A stretch of 64,000 nucleotides of DNA from an uncultured archaeon (GTDB taxonomy: Archaea > Asgardarchaeota > Lokiarchaeia > Sigyniarchaeales > SOKP01). A model generated the notes under the pieces. The model did not search any database. It was not told where the DNA came from and saw only the letters and a list, made by a program, of their open reading frames with translations. This document shows positions 28,739-38,094 of the stretch, piece by piece. A program made the position numbers and the translations under genes. How positions within the stretch are numbered: the first letter of the stretch is position 1; each line of letters begins with the position of its first letter. Location of the stretch: NCBI GenBank assembly GCA_964632315.1, contig CAZWEM010000004.1, positions 98,758-162,757 of the forward strand. The letters run 5' to 3'.

Positions 28739-29830
28739 CTACAAATAAGATCCAAATTCGTCCTTTAAAAGATCAATCGTTTGATTAAATTTAGAAACAT
28801 CGATTAAACCATTTAAATTCTCTAATGTATCTCTATGTTTCTCTGAAAACTTTTGGTTAAACTTATCGAGAGATTGCTCCAATAAAGCGCTTCTATGCTT
28901 GGCAATCAATAGTGTGGCATACCCTAAATTGTTATTAAAGCGGAAAAGAATTCCATGATCTCTCAGATTAATTGTATTTATTTGATCCTCAATATTTGAA
29001 AAATTAGATAAAATGTGATTAATTCCAATTAGTATACTTCCCTTTAAAACAGATTCCTCTAATTCTTGACGTTTTTCAAAATCATAGGAGTATAACAAGA
29101 TTCCTGATTTATGGAAAATAATAAAATTAAATAACTTATTTGTGAAAACAACAAATAGGGAGGGTTTTTTTAAAATAACATAAAAGTAGAAAAGAGTATT
29201 TATTAAATTCAGGATGAGATTAGCATGCTTTAGAAGATCACTTGTTGTGATAAGATATGAGATATATATGGAAACATTCAAACTAAAAATGGCTATATAG
29301 ATACTATAATATATCCCTAAATTCTTATCTTTAAAATTTGAAAATCCTTTTATTTGAGAGAAAATCAAAATGCCTATTATTAATACGCTTAAAATGATAA
29401 TTGAAGTAAGCAAATTGGTATCTTTAAAAATAAAATGATGATGAATAGTAATTGAAATAACAGTAAAGCTTTCAGAAGATAATAATTGGCCAATTATTAT
29501 GCCTCCAACTAATAGAAATGCCAGCAAAGGTATATATCTTAATTTACTAGTTTTATGTAATTCTAATATATGATTAGTAGTCCAAAGAATTAGGAATAAT
29601 AAATTGAAAATTAAGGATAAATTCCATAATATAAGAGAAATTTCATCATTTGTAGTATTAAACGTAGAAAATATGAAAAAAAAAATATAACAGTAATAAA
29701 ATAAATTCCCAAGGCTGAAGGTAATTATAAGTTTTTTCTCTGCTTTATATACCTCTTTACGTGTTAGGATTATTGTAATTCCAATAGCTAAAATGATGAT
29801 CAGAATTATACTATAGAGGAATGCATACAT
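28739..29830 (-). CDS. 7TM membrane protein fused to a C-terminal longin-like domain (paralog)
   Basis: About seven TM helices, then IFHKSGILLYSY..GSILIGINHILSNF..IDVSKF. Confidence 0.72.
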   Translation of the reverse strand: MYAFLYSIILIIILAIGITIILTRKEVYKAEKKLIITFSLGNLFYYCYIFFFIFSTFNTTNDEISLILWNLSLIFNLLFLILWTTNHILELHKTSKLRYIPLLAFLLVGGIIIGQLLSSESFTVISITIHHHFIFKDTNLLTSIIILSVLIIGILIFSQIKGFSNFKDKNLGIYYSIYIAIFSLNVSIYISYLITTSDLLKHANLILNLINTLFYFYVILKKPSLFVVFTNKLFNFIIFHKSGILLYSYDFEKRQELEESVLKGSILIGINHILSNFSNIEDQINTINLRDHGILFRFNNNLGYATLLIAKHRSALLEQSLDKFNQKFSEKHRDTLENLNGLIDVSKFNQTIDLLKDEFGSYL

Positions 29831-29956
29831 TTTTCGCTTGAAAAATTATTATGAATAATTCTTAGACATTTAAGTTATATTCCCACCCTAATATAAATAT
29901 TTATTTAAGTATAAATAAGTCTTGTATGAATTCCGAGATATAATTTAATAGAAGAA

Positions 29957-30463
29957 TTAACTGCATTTTCTTCTTATATTTCCTTTAAGCCAACCAACAT
30001 TACTCTCATCTAGAGAATCAAAATCGTGAACATAAGGTTTGATATCTAGAACTGGAGTACGATCAATCACATCAATATTTTTCACATTTATAGTATTTAA
30101 CTCAATATTATTAATGGCAAAGATCGACAAACCAATGGGATTCGGTCGAAAGGGAGTACGAGTGGCAAAAACACCTTTTTTTTCATTAGATAAAAAAGGT
30201 TTAGATTGAAGAGGAACTGGAAGTTTTACCAAATCAAAACTGTAAAGACAGATTAGGTGAGAAAAGCCTCCCAATTCATATAACCCCCTTTCATATTCAG
30301 GAAAAATCTCGATAAACCCTTCAGTATTAGACATCTTGAATTGAATGGGAATTCCTTTTAATTCTTTAAAAGGAGAATGGATTATTCCAATGGGAGTGAA
30401 GCAAATTTTCTTTGGAAAACGTCGGTTTTTACCATCGATTAATTTTCTTTTACTGATCTCCAT
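29957..30463 (-). CDS. tsaA: tRNA (N6-threonylcarbamoyladenosine(37)-N6)-methyltransferase TrmO/TsaA family
   Basis: PIGIIHSP, GVFATRTPFRPNPIGLS, TPVLDIKPY. Confidence 0.9.
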   Translation of the reverse strand: MEISKRKLIDGKNRRFPKKICFTPIGIIHSPFKELKGIPIQFKMSNTEGFIEIFPEYERGLYELGGFSHLICLYSFDLVKLPVPLQSKPFLSNEKKGVFATRTPFRPNPIGLSIFAINNIELNTINVKNIDVIDRTPVLDIKPYVHDFDSLDESNVGWLKGNIRRKCS

Positions 30464-30548
30464 AAATTTTATCTCAACTCTTTATAATAAAAAGCTTTTT
30501 CATGGATATTTAACTAAATAAAATAATTGTTGATTTAAAGATTAATCT

Positions 30549-32420
30549 ATGCTTTCATTCAAGGAATTTATTGAGGAAGAAGATTTAGTTTCCAAATTAA
30601 AATACCATTATCTCAGACATCCATTAGAAAACAGTAAAAAAATGCAATTGGATGATTTAATTCAAAAGACATTTAAATTAGATGAAAGTGATTTTGATAA
30701 TCAAAAAATCGACAAGTTTAGTTCCTTATATGAAAAAGAAATTCTTTTTAAAGATCGCCGAAAATCAGGTGAAATTTACACCCCAATAAACATTGTCCGA
30801 TACATTTTGAAAGAAATTGGATACAATGAAAGAAGTAATATCAGAGAGAAAACAATAATTGATATTAGTTGTGGAGTAGGGAGTTTTTTAATTGAATCTG
30901 TTAAGATACTAAAAAGAGTTTTATTAAAAAATCATGTAAATGACGATATCAAGATTCTTGAAGCAGAAAAGTTAATTCAAGTGTTCAATATAATAACAAT
31001 ACGGGTTTATGGTGCTGATTCGAACCCTATTGCTTGTATTCTATGCCAGTTAAACCTATTCTATACTTTAATGGATATAATTAGAGTTATAAAAGCAAAA
31101 AAGCCTCAGTATAGATTTGGCTTATTTAATATTATTAATATCAACTCAATCAAAATGCAATTCGACCAAAAATATGATTTTATAGTAGGAAATCCTCCAT
31201 ATTTGTTTTTAAGAGATATCTCGCTTTCTCAAAGGAAGTTGATAAAAGCCCAAAATTTGGAAACAAGCTCAGGACAATATGATCTATATCAAATCTTTCT
31301 TGAATTAGGTATCAAGCTATTGAAAAATAATGGTTTTTTGGGTTTTATTATTCCTGATTCAATTCTCGCTTTATCAAATAGAAGGAATATAAGAAAATAC
31401 ATTCTTGAAAATACAGTAATTAAAAAGATCTCTATTGTAGGATCTCAATTTGATGAGCCAATTGTTGCCAATGTTATACTGATCATTCAAAAAGAATTTC
31501 GAAAAACAAAACGGATTGAAAATCAAGTAAAAATCTCAAAAAATTTAAGTCGAACTGAATCTACTTTACCACAATTGTTATTTGAAAATCTTGATTATAA
31601 ATTTCTTGTCAATCTAGATGTGTTAGATATCCATATTTTAGAAAATTTAAGTCAAACATCAAAATTAAGAGATCTGATAAGAGATCAGCGATTTGAGATA
31701 CTTTTATCTCGAGGAGTTGAATTGGGTAAAGATGGAAAAATTATCTTCTGTGATAAATGCAGTACATACTCTCCGCTTCCAAAGAAAAGTTTAAAGTGTA
31801 AAACGTGTAATTCAGTCTTGCAGGAAGAAAAAATTGAAAGAATAATACAGAAAAAACCACCAATTGCTAGTAATGATGATTATAGAAGATTATTATATTC
31901 AATTAACCGATATAAATCATTAGAATTTAGATACATCTACATCAATAGACCAGGAATCATGTACAAATCCGAAGAAATATATAAGGATCGCATTGTAATT
32001 CGCCAATTGAATCAAGATAATTTGATATGTGCTACATATAATAATTTTGCCTATACCACCCAATCATTTTACAATTTAAAGATAAAAACATCCAAAATCT
32101 CAGAATTCACTAATTTTTATCTATTGGGATTATTGAATTCGAGTTTATTGTCATATTTCTTTATTAAATCTTTTGGTTCATATAAAAAGTTATTTCCACG
32201 AATTCTTATTGAAAAAATTGCGGCTCTACCAATTAGAATCCCTTTAAAAGAGAATGAAAAAGAGCTTTCAATTCAAATTCATCAAAATGTAGCAAATCTA
32301 ATTAAAAAAAATGATGCAGATCCGAGTATAATTGAAAAAATTGACGATTTGGTCTTTAAATTGTATGAAATTGAGAGAGATCAAATTTCTCACATTAAAT
32401 CATCATTAAATCATGTTTAA
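30549..32420 (+). CDS. N6-adenine DNA methyltransferase (gamma class, TaqI/Eco57I-like) with a zinc-ribbon insertion; apparently orphan
   Basis: GEIYTP, DISCGVGSF, GNPPY, TaqI_C-like LLGLLNS; CDKC..CKTC insertion. Confidence 0.88.
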   Translation: MLSFKEFIEEEDLVSKLKYHYLRHPLENSKKMQLDDLIQKTFKLDESDFDNQKIDKFSSLYEKEILFKDRRKSGEIYTPINIVRYILKEIGYNERSNIREKTIIDISCGVGSFLIESVKILKRVLLKNHVNDDIKILEAEKLIQVFNIITIRVYGADSNPIACILCQLNLFYTLMDIIRVIKAKKPQYRFGLFNIININSIKMQFDQKYDFIVGNPPYLFLRDISLSQRKLIKAQNLETSSGQYDLYQIFLELGIKLLKNNGFLGFIIPDSILALSNRRNIRKYILENTVIKKISIVGSQFDEPIVANVILIIQKEFRKTKRIENQVKISKNLSRTESTLPQLLFENLDYKFLVNLDVLDIHILENLSQTSKLRDLIRDQRFEILLSRGVELGKDGKIIFCDKCSTYSPLPKKSLKCKTCNSVLQEEKIERIIQKKPPIASNDDYRRLLYSINRYKSLEFRYIYINRPGIMYKSEEIYKDRIVIRQLNQDNLICATYNNFAYTTQSFYNLKIKTSKISEFTNFYLLGLLNSSLLSYFFIKSFGSYKKLFPRILIEKIAALPIRIPLKENEKELSIQIHQNVANLIKKNDADPSIIEKIDDLVFKLYEIERDQISHIKSSLNHV

Positions 32421-32585
32421 TTATACAAGGATTTTCTTGGAGAGATATGTCTTTAATATACGATCCCATTTGTCTGCTAATTCAGTTAGCCCAGTTTTCC
32501 TAAATAAGGAGACTGCACGTGTAAGTATGTCTTCTATTTCTTTTGTTCTATTATTGTTAATATAATTAAGGGAATAATCTTCCAT
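32421..32585 (-). CDS. Small 54-aa protein, paralog of 32683-32835
   Basis: Manual translation: MEDYSLNYINNNRTKEIEDILTRAVSLFRKTGLTELADKWDRILKTYLSKKILV. Confidence 0.72.
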   Translation of the reverse strand: MEDYSLNYINNNRTKEIEDILTRAVSLFRKTGLTELADKWDRILKTYLSKKILV

Positions 32586-32682
32586 TATATTGATTTATAA
32601 AAATAAAAGGAATATAAAGAAGAATATCATCAAGATGTAATAATTAGGACATCTATATGATAATATAGATAATATATGGAAA

Positions 32683-32835
32683 CTACATGAAATCCTTTGA
32701 ATCATAATAATTTTTTAAAATTCTCTCACTTTTCTTAGATAACTCGGTTAAACCTGCTTCATCGAAATAATTTTTCATTTTACCTAATAACCGGGCAATA
32801 TTTTCTTCATATTCTAAATCATTAGTCTCCATCAT
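32683..32835 (-). CDS. Small 50-aa protein, paralog of 32421-32585
   Basis: Manual translation: MMETNDLEYEENIARLLGKMKNYFDEAGLTELSKKSERILKNYYDSKDFM. Confidence 0.72.
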   Translation of the reverse strand: MMETNDLEYEENIARLLGKMKNYFDEAGLTELSKKSERILKNYYDSKDFM

Positions 32836-33078
32836 ATTATATTCACTCTAAAGTTTGTTATAAAGATTTATGTTATGGGGATAATGAGAATTTTATAGTT
32901 TACATTATATCTTTTTATATTAAAAAAATCTTTTTTGTATATTACCTATCGTTTTATCGAAAAACTTAAATCTTCTAATTTATAGCCCGAAATATTATTA
33001 AATTAAAAATAAGTATATAATTGATATAGAATTCAAGCAAAATAATGATAAATAAAATATAAGGGAGGTTATCTAAAA

Positions 33079-34002
33079 ATAGTACTTAAAGTTACATTCA
33101 ACGAGATTTTTGCAACTTGAAACGCTGCTGGTTATTTGATGGGTTTTTCAGTAAAAGAATTAACGTATAAAAACAAATATATACTATACTTAACGGAACA
33201 GGAGCTTGCAGGGCCATGGTTCAGTTTTAAACTGATTGGGAAACAGATAGGCAGTATCCCTGTAATACTAAAAAATATTGAACCAACTCCGATTTACAAA
33301 TTGGTGAATACTCGAACTGGTACCTTCATTGATCGTATTACGCTAGATTTCGACATCCAAGAATACTTGAAGAATTTAATGAAGAAGAATAAAATAATAA
33401 AACAAGAATTTAAAGCAGAGCATTCACTTATACGACTTTATGTAGATGTTTTTAATAAACCCAAAGTACCGTATATCAACACTTTTTTTACTCTTAAAAA
33501 CATCTCTGATTACAATTTAACTGACTTTTCCATGTATTTCGTATTTGATTTTGATATCAATGGATTAGACGGATATGATAACGATCTTTCTGGTTATGAC
33601 GAAGAAAATGATATTATTTATCAATATGATAAAACTGGATTACATGCTGGATTTTCACCCATCTCTCGATCGACTTTTCATGAAACTTGCCCAACTAAAC
33701 AATTTGCAATAACTAATGATCGCTTAAATCTCTCTAATAAAATACAGGATGAAACAGGAGAGATCTTATCGGCGCTTCAGATAAAATTCAAAACATTAGA
33801 ACCAGAACACTCCTTTCAAACTGCATTAGTTCTATCAGGAGGGCTAAGTAAAGAAGAGCTAGTTGAAAATATAATAGATGGAAAGGCTAATGCAATGAAA
33901 TTTCTCTCTCAAGTCAACCGGTCTGTGAAATCTGAACAAAGAAACAAGCAAGAGGAAGCTTTCATCAAAATTAATCAGCAGGAATCAGTCGATTGCAATT
34001 AA
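33079..34002 (+). CDS. Hypothetical beta-rich protein and candidate selenoprotein (Sec at TGA 33118-33120, proposed ATA start); the ORF track shows only 33136-34002
   Basis: SD GGAGGT at 33064-33069 lies 9 nt before ATA 33079. The frame reads VLKVTFNEIFAT-TGA-NAAGYLMGF and there is a SECIS-like hairpin in the 3' UTR. The CDS body is secure; the Sec extension is inferred. Confidence 0.7.
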
Positions 34003-34084
34003 TAAATCTAATTTGATGATTCAGGTAAAAAAGCCCAAGAGGAAAGTTACCTGATGAAAAACTCAGCAAGAGAAAAGATTTATT
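34001..34084 (+). promoter_or_regulatory. Eukaryote-type SECIS-like element in the 3' UTR
   Basis: ATGA (34016-19), helix TCAGGTAA/TTACCTGA (34021-28 / 34047-54), apical AAAAG-CC-CAAGA-GG-AAAG, TGAA (34055-58); outer helix AATAAATCT/AGATTTATT. Confidence 0.7.
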
Positions 34085-34094
34085 CCAATATTAA

Positions 34095-35321
34095 TTATGA
34101 TTCAAGAAAAAGGAACTTTATAGATTGATTTTTAATTATTTCATCTAATTTAATGATTTTTACAGGTTTTTTATAATTTCTGATAACTTTAGATTTCGAT
34201 ATTATATTTGAAAAGTTCTTTGAACAATTAGATGAGACAGTATTTAATATAATCACATAACATTTCATTTCACCCCATATACCTTTCCCATCAATGTAAT
34301 TTTGAAACGAATTCTCTTCGAACTTTGATTTTAATTCATCTTCTATGACTTGTTTGTCATCATCAAGCCCTTCATTATCGATTAATAAATAATCGATGAT
34401 TATTTTATTACTGTTCTCATCTTCTAAAAATAAGATCCCTTTTTGTTTTTGAAACTCATAAAGTATTCTAAATTGACCTGATTCTGAAAGCCTATATAGG
34501 GTATATAATAGATACTGATAATCTAAAATAAGATGGGAGCTTTCCAGTTTACTCTCAATAACATCTCTATAATCTTGATTTATTTCGTATCCAATTCCTT
34601 TTCGAAAGAGATTTTGAGCTACTTTTAATGAAGTCCCACTGCCTAAAAAGGGATCTAAAACAGTATCTCCGATAAAAGAAAACATTCTGATTAATCTATA
34701 CGGAATTTCTTCGGGAAACATTGCAATATGTTCTTTTTGTATAACTCCTGGAATTTTCCAATGTCCAACAAACCACTTTTTCCATTCACTTAAAGCTATT
34801 TTTGATAATTCTTTGGTTTTTCTATCTACTTTTCTTTTTTGACCTTCTACTTTCTTAAAAATTAAAATATGCTCATAATCATACGTTAATAAACCATTTC
34901 GTGGATAATATATCGAGCCCATCAATGAACATCCTCCTGTCGTGTTAGTTGTGCTTACTTTTTGCCAGATCACGTCTCCTAAATAATCAAATCCTAATAA
35001 TAGACAATCAGAAATGATCTTACTTGAAATCGATTCGATTCGATATCTTCCAAAGTCTCTAGCTCGAAGATATTGATCACCAACATTAATGACCATCCTA
35101 CAATGAGGCTCTAAAACCCGGTAACATTCTTTCCAAACAGTCGCTAATCGCTTAAAATATTCCTCAAACGAATCGAAATAACCAATTTGTGCTTCAGTTT
35201 CGTAATTTTTTATTTTTCCATAAGGAGGAGAAGTGATAATTAATTGTATAGAATTATCTTTAACCTCATTCATACGTTCCGATGACTTATAATAAATGTG
35301 AGGCTCATTAATTTCCCACAT
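34095..35321 (-). CDS. Beta-class N4-cytosine/N6-adenine DNA methyltransferase with a ~150-aa C-terminal extension
   Basis: TSPPY precedes H.AMFPEE and DPFLGSGT. Confidence 0.9.
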   Translation of the reverse strand: MWEINEPHIYYKSSERMNEVKDNSIQLIITSPPYGKIKNYETEAQIGYFDSFEEYFKRLATVWKECYRVLEPHCRMVINVGDQYLRARDFGRYRIESISSKIISDCLLLGFDYLGDVIWQKVSTTNTTGGCSLMGSIYYPRNGLLTYDYEHILIFKKVEGQKRKVDRKTKELSKIALSEWKKWFVGHWKIPGVIQKEHIAMFPEEIPYRLIRMFSFIGDTVLDPFLGSGTSLKVAQNLFRKGIGYEINQDYRDVIESKLESSHLILDYQYLLYTLYRLSESGQFRILYEFQKQKGILFLEDENSNKIIIDYLLIDNEGLDDDKQVIEDELKSKFEENSFQNYIDGKGIWGEMKCYVIILNTVSSNCSKNFSNIISKSKVIRNYKKPVKIIKLDEIIKNQSIKFLFLES

Positions 35322-35356
35322 ATAGTAAATATAGCCTAAATGGTTTATTTAAATTT

Positions 35357-36457
35357 TTAGTCAGAAATTTGTTGGAAATATCCAACTATTCGTAAGGTTC
35401 CATTAAACTTATTCATTTCAGTAATAATTCCGTTCAAACCCGTTCCGTCGTGAAATAACTTCTTGTCGAATTGAATTTCTATTTCACCAGATTTTCCAGG
35501 AAAAATTTCAACTCCTGAAGTAAATTTAAGTGGAGAGGATTTAAGATCCACTAATCCAAAATATTGAATACCATCATTTGGTTTAATGGAGCCTCCTTTT
35601 GGTTTATAAAATTGATTCAGATGAACAATGGCTTTGATCTTTTTTTCTGGAATAAATTTACCTTGAGTTGTAATCAAATTATCGCGACTAATCTGGTCTG
35701 CTGAGATGGTACCTTTCAATGCAAGCCCAACTCGATCCCCAACACCAGCAGTTTTAAAATTCCTATCTTGTTTTTGTATGCTTTTAATAATCACTTTCTT
35801 GTTTGTATCTTCATAACCGATTATCTCGACCATTTGACCCGCATATACCTCTCCTTTCTCTACAACACCTAATATAACGGTTCCAATTCCTTTAACTGGA
35901 AAAGCATGATCAATCATAACTTTACTATAATCTCTGCCAGAATCTCTATCGCGTGATAACTTTAAACCAAGCTCAATAATTTCTGCTTTTAAGATCTCAT
36001 AGTCCGTTTTCTGCTTTATATCAATTATTTTAGCAGCTTTTAAGCTGGTTGTAGAAAGAATTTTGAGTAATTTTTTCTTCAATTCTGGTAAAACCCATTC
36101 ATTTTTAGAGTCAACACCCGCAATTACAATCAGAGATTCAGTTTGATATAATTTATGATAAAGATCCATTCCAACGAGTATTTCACCAATAACAGCATTC
36201 AATTGTGTATTCGGATCAATAACTAATAGATGGATATTTGAAATAGAAAGGGTATGTAAAAAGGGTTTAATCTTTTCGGGGTATTCTACTGGTGTTAAGG
36301 CACAAAAAACATGATTATGAGCAGAATCTAACCTATTGAAGAACATGATATCACTCTTCGTTCCTGGAGACCCTATAGCTTGACCAACCAACTGCCTTAA
36401 ATCAAAATTGTCCCCGAGAATTCCCACGACAAAATTTTGTTCTGCTGCTTCACTCAT
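35357..36457 (-). CDS. Archaeal SelB-like translation factor (aSelBL; EF-Tu/SelB domain II-III protein with a degenerate G domain)
   Basis: GTKSDI, YPEKIKP, IDHAFPVKGIGTVILG, KSIQ..D, GDRVGLALKG; no GHVDHGK P-loop. Start reassigned to ATG 36457 (MSEAAEQ). Confidence 0.85.
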   Translation of the reverse strand: MSEAAEQNFVVGILGDNFDLRQLVGQAIGSPGTKSDIMFFNRLDSAHNHVFCALTPVEYPEKIKPFLHTLSISNIHLLVIDPNTQLNAVIGEILVGMDLYHKLYQTESLIVIAGVDSKNEWVLPELKKKLLKILSTTSLKAAKIIDIKQKTDYEILKAEIIELGLKLSRDRDSGRDYSKVMIDHAFPVKGIGTVILGVVEKGEVYAGQMVEIIGYEDTNKKVIIKSIQKQDRNFKTAGVGDRVGLALKGTISADQISRDNLITTQGKFIPEKKIKAIVHLNQFYKPKGGSIKPNDGIQYFGLVDLKSSPLKFTSGVEIFPGKSGEIEIQFDKKLFHDGTGLNGIITEMNKFNGTLRIVGYFQQISD

Positions 36458-36550
36458 TATTAAATTGAAATAATTTCTACAACAAAAGCTTTTCGATTTA
36501 GAGAATCTATATGTGAAAACATTATAATTAAACAAAAATTCTTATTAACC

Positions 36551-38059
36551 ATGTCCGTTCGGGGAACTATCACTCATGTGATCTTAATTTTAATGGATGA
36601 CGTTCGAGCAAGGCATCTATTTGATTTAATGAAAGATGGGAAACTCCCTCATATTAGTAAGTTAGCAAATAGTGGGATTTCATGTAAAAATTGCATCACA
36701 TCTTATCCAAGCATTACCTTCCCAAGTTATAGTAATGTCATACTAGGAGCGTATTCTGGATATTACCCAAAAGATGGCAGTGGAATTCCAATGTACCATT
36801 GGGTCGCAAGATCAGATCCTCCTGGTGAAGGAAGATTTCCTGATATTCATAATTATAGCTCAGGACGATACATACGTAAGATCAATAAAGATATTGGAAT
36901 TAATGTTAAAACTATATTCGAACAAGCGGGAGAGGGTAATTTTTTAAGTTCTCTCAATTTAATTAATCGGGGATCCACATTAATACCCCCAGAAGAGTAT
37001 ACAACCCTTTATATCCTCAAGACCGTTGAAAAAGTGTTTAAAGATCCAAAAAAGTTTCAATTTAATGACGTTCCAAGAGTTACAGTAGCATATGTTCCCA
37101 AAACTGATGATTTAATGCATCATAAAGGATTTGATCATCTAGAATATATTAAGGAAATAATGAAAGCCGATTCTGGAATCGGATCTCTTATAACTACACT
37201 TAAAGAAACTGGATATTTTGAATCTACTGCAATAGGAATTATTTCAGATCATGGAAATTACAAAGCGAAGAAAATGCATAATCTTGCCCCTTTTTTTGAA
37301 AGTAAAGGTTTAATACAATATAATCCCAAAAATGGAAAGGGTGACTTTGATGTAACCTTTGGCTCAGTCGGATTCTTTAATTTTCCAGGAAAAAATTGGC
37401 ATTTCCATCCATCTATAAGTGAAATGGAGAATTTAAAGGTAAGCGGTGGTATTAAAGGGAATTTGAATGCTTTTGAAATGTTATGGAGAATCCCAGGTAT
37501 AAAATACATGTACTACCGAGATGATAATAACACTCCTGATAAAGGAATAATTCACATAAGGTATCGGGATGAACAAGTTTCAATCCATGAAGGAAGAATA
37601 GAATATGAAGGTCATGGTAAAAATCAAAAAACTCGATATATTTTTGAGAATCTTGATGTATATGGATATGAAACCGATGAAAAAGCAGGAAATATATTAA
37701 ATGGAAAATTTCACTATATTGATGATTGGCTAGACTATACAAATCATGTAGATTTTCCTTTGATTATTGACCAGATTCCCCGCTATTTCAAAAATCCTCG
37801 CTCCTGTGATATCATGGTATCTACTTTAGGAGAATATGCATTTGGGTATGAGCATGGTAAAACAGTGGGCGATTATCCATATTCGCATGACATTTGCTTA
37901 CGTAAATCGATGGTTGTTCCATTTATAATTGGAGGATCTCCAAATATTCCGATAAAGACATTACCCTATTGTAAAACAACAGATATGGTTCCCACGTTAT
38001 TACATTTATTGGGCGAAACTCCTGATGGTTCTGTAGTAGGAAAATCTGTAATAAATTGA
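36551..38059 (+). CDS. Alkaline phosphatase superfamily, nucleotide pyrophosphatase/phosphodiesterase type
   Basis: LMDD, PSITFP (Thr nucleophile), DDLMH, SDHG, SHD. Confidence 0.88.
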   Translation: MSVRGTITHVILILMDDVRARHLFDLMKDGKLPHISKLANSGISCKNCITSYPSITFPSYSNVILGAYSGYYPKDGSGIPMYHWVARSDPPGEGRFPDIHNYSSGRYIRKINKDIGINVKTIFEQAGEGNFLSSLNLINRGSTLIPPEEYTTLYILKTVEKVFKDPKKFQFNDVPRVTVAYVPKTDDLMHHKGFDHLEYIKEIMKADSGIGSLITTLKETGYFESTAIGIISDHGNYKAKKMHNLAPFFESKGLIQYNPKNGKGDFDVTFGSVGFFNFPGKNWHFHPSISEMENLKVSGGIKGNLNAFEMLWRIPGIKYMYYRDDNNTPDKGIIHIRYRDEQVSIHEGRIEYEGHGKNQKTRYIFENLDVYGYETDEKAGNILNGKFHYIDDWLDYTNHVDFPLIIDQIPRYFKNPRSCDIMVSTLGEYAFGYEHGKTVGDYPYSHDICLRKSMVVPFIIGGSPNIPIKTLPYCKTTDMVPTLLHLLGETPDGSVVGKSVIN

Positions 38060-38094
38060 TAATTTTTTAATCCTATTTTTCTTTATTTTTTACC

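Noticed and set aside
18112-35321. Integrated mobile element or defence island anchored at tRNA-Leu and including the MTases
   Set aside because: I saw no integrase, transposase or tRNA 3'-end duplication, and the intervening genes look chromosomal.
35357-36535. True Sec-specific elongation factor SelB/EFSec next to the selenoprotein candidate, and the longer ORF-track start
   Set aside because: It lacks the P-loop and domain IV and matches the aSelBL family, so the proximity may be chance. The first 26 codons of the track ORF overlap the divergent promoter and look non-coding.
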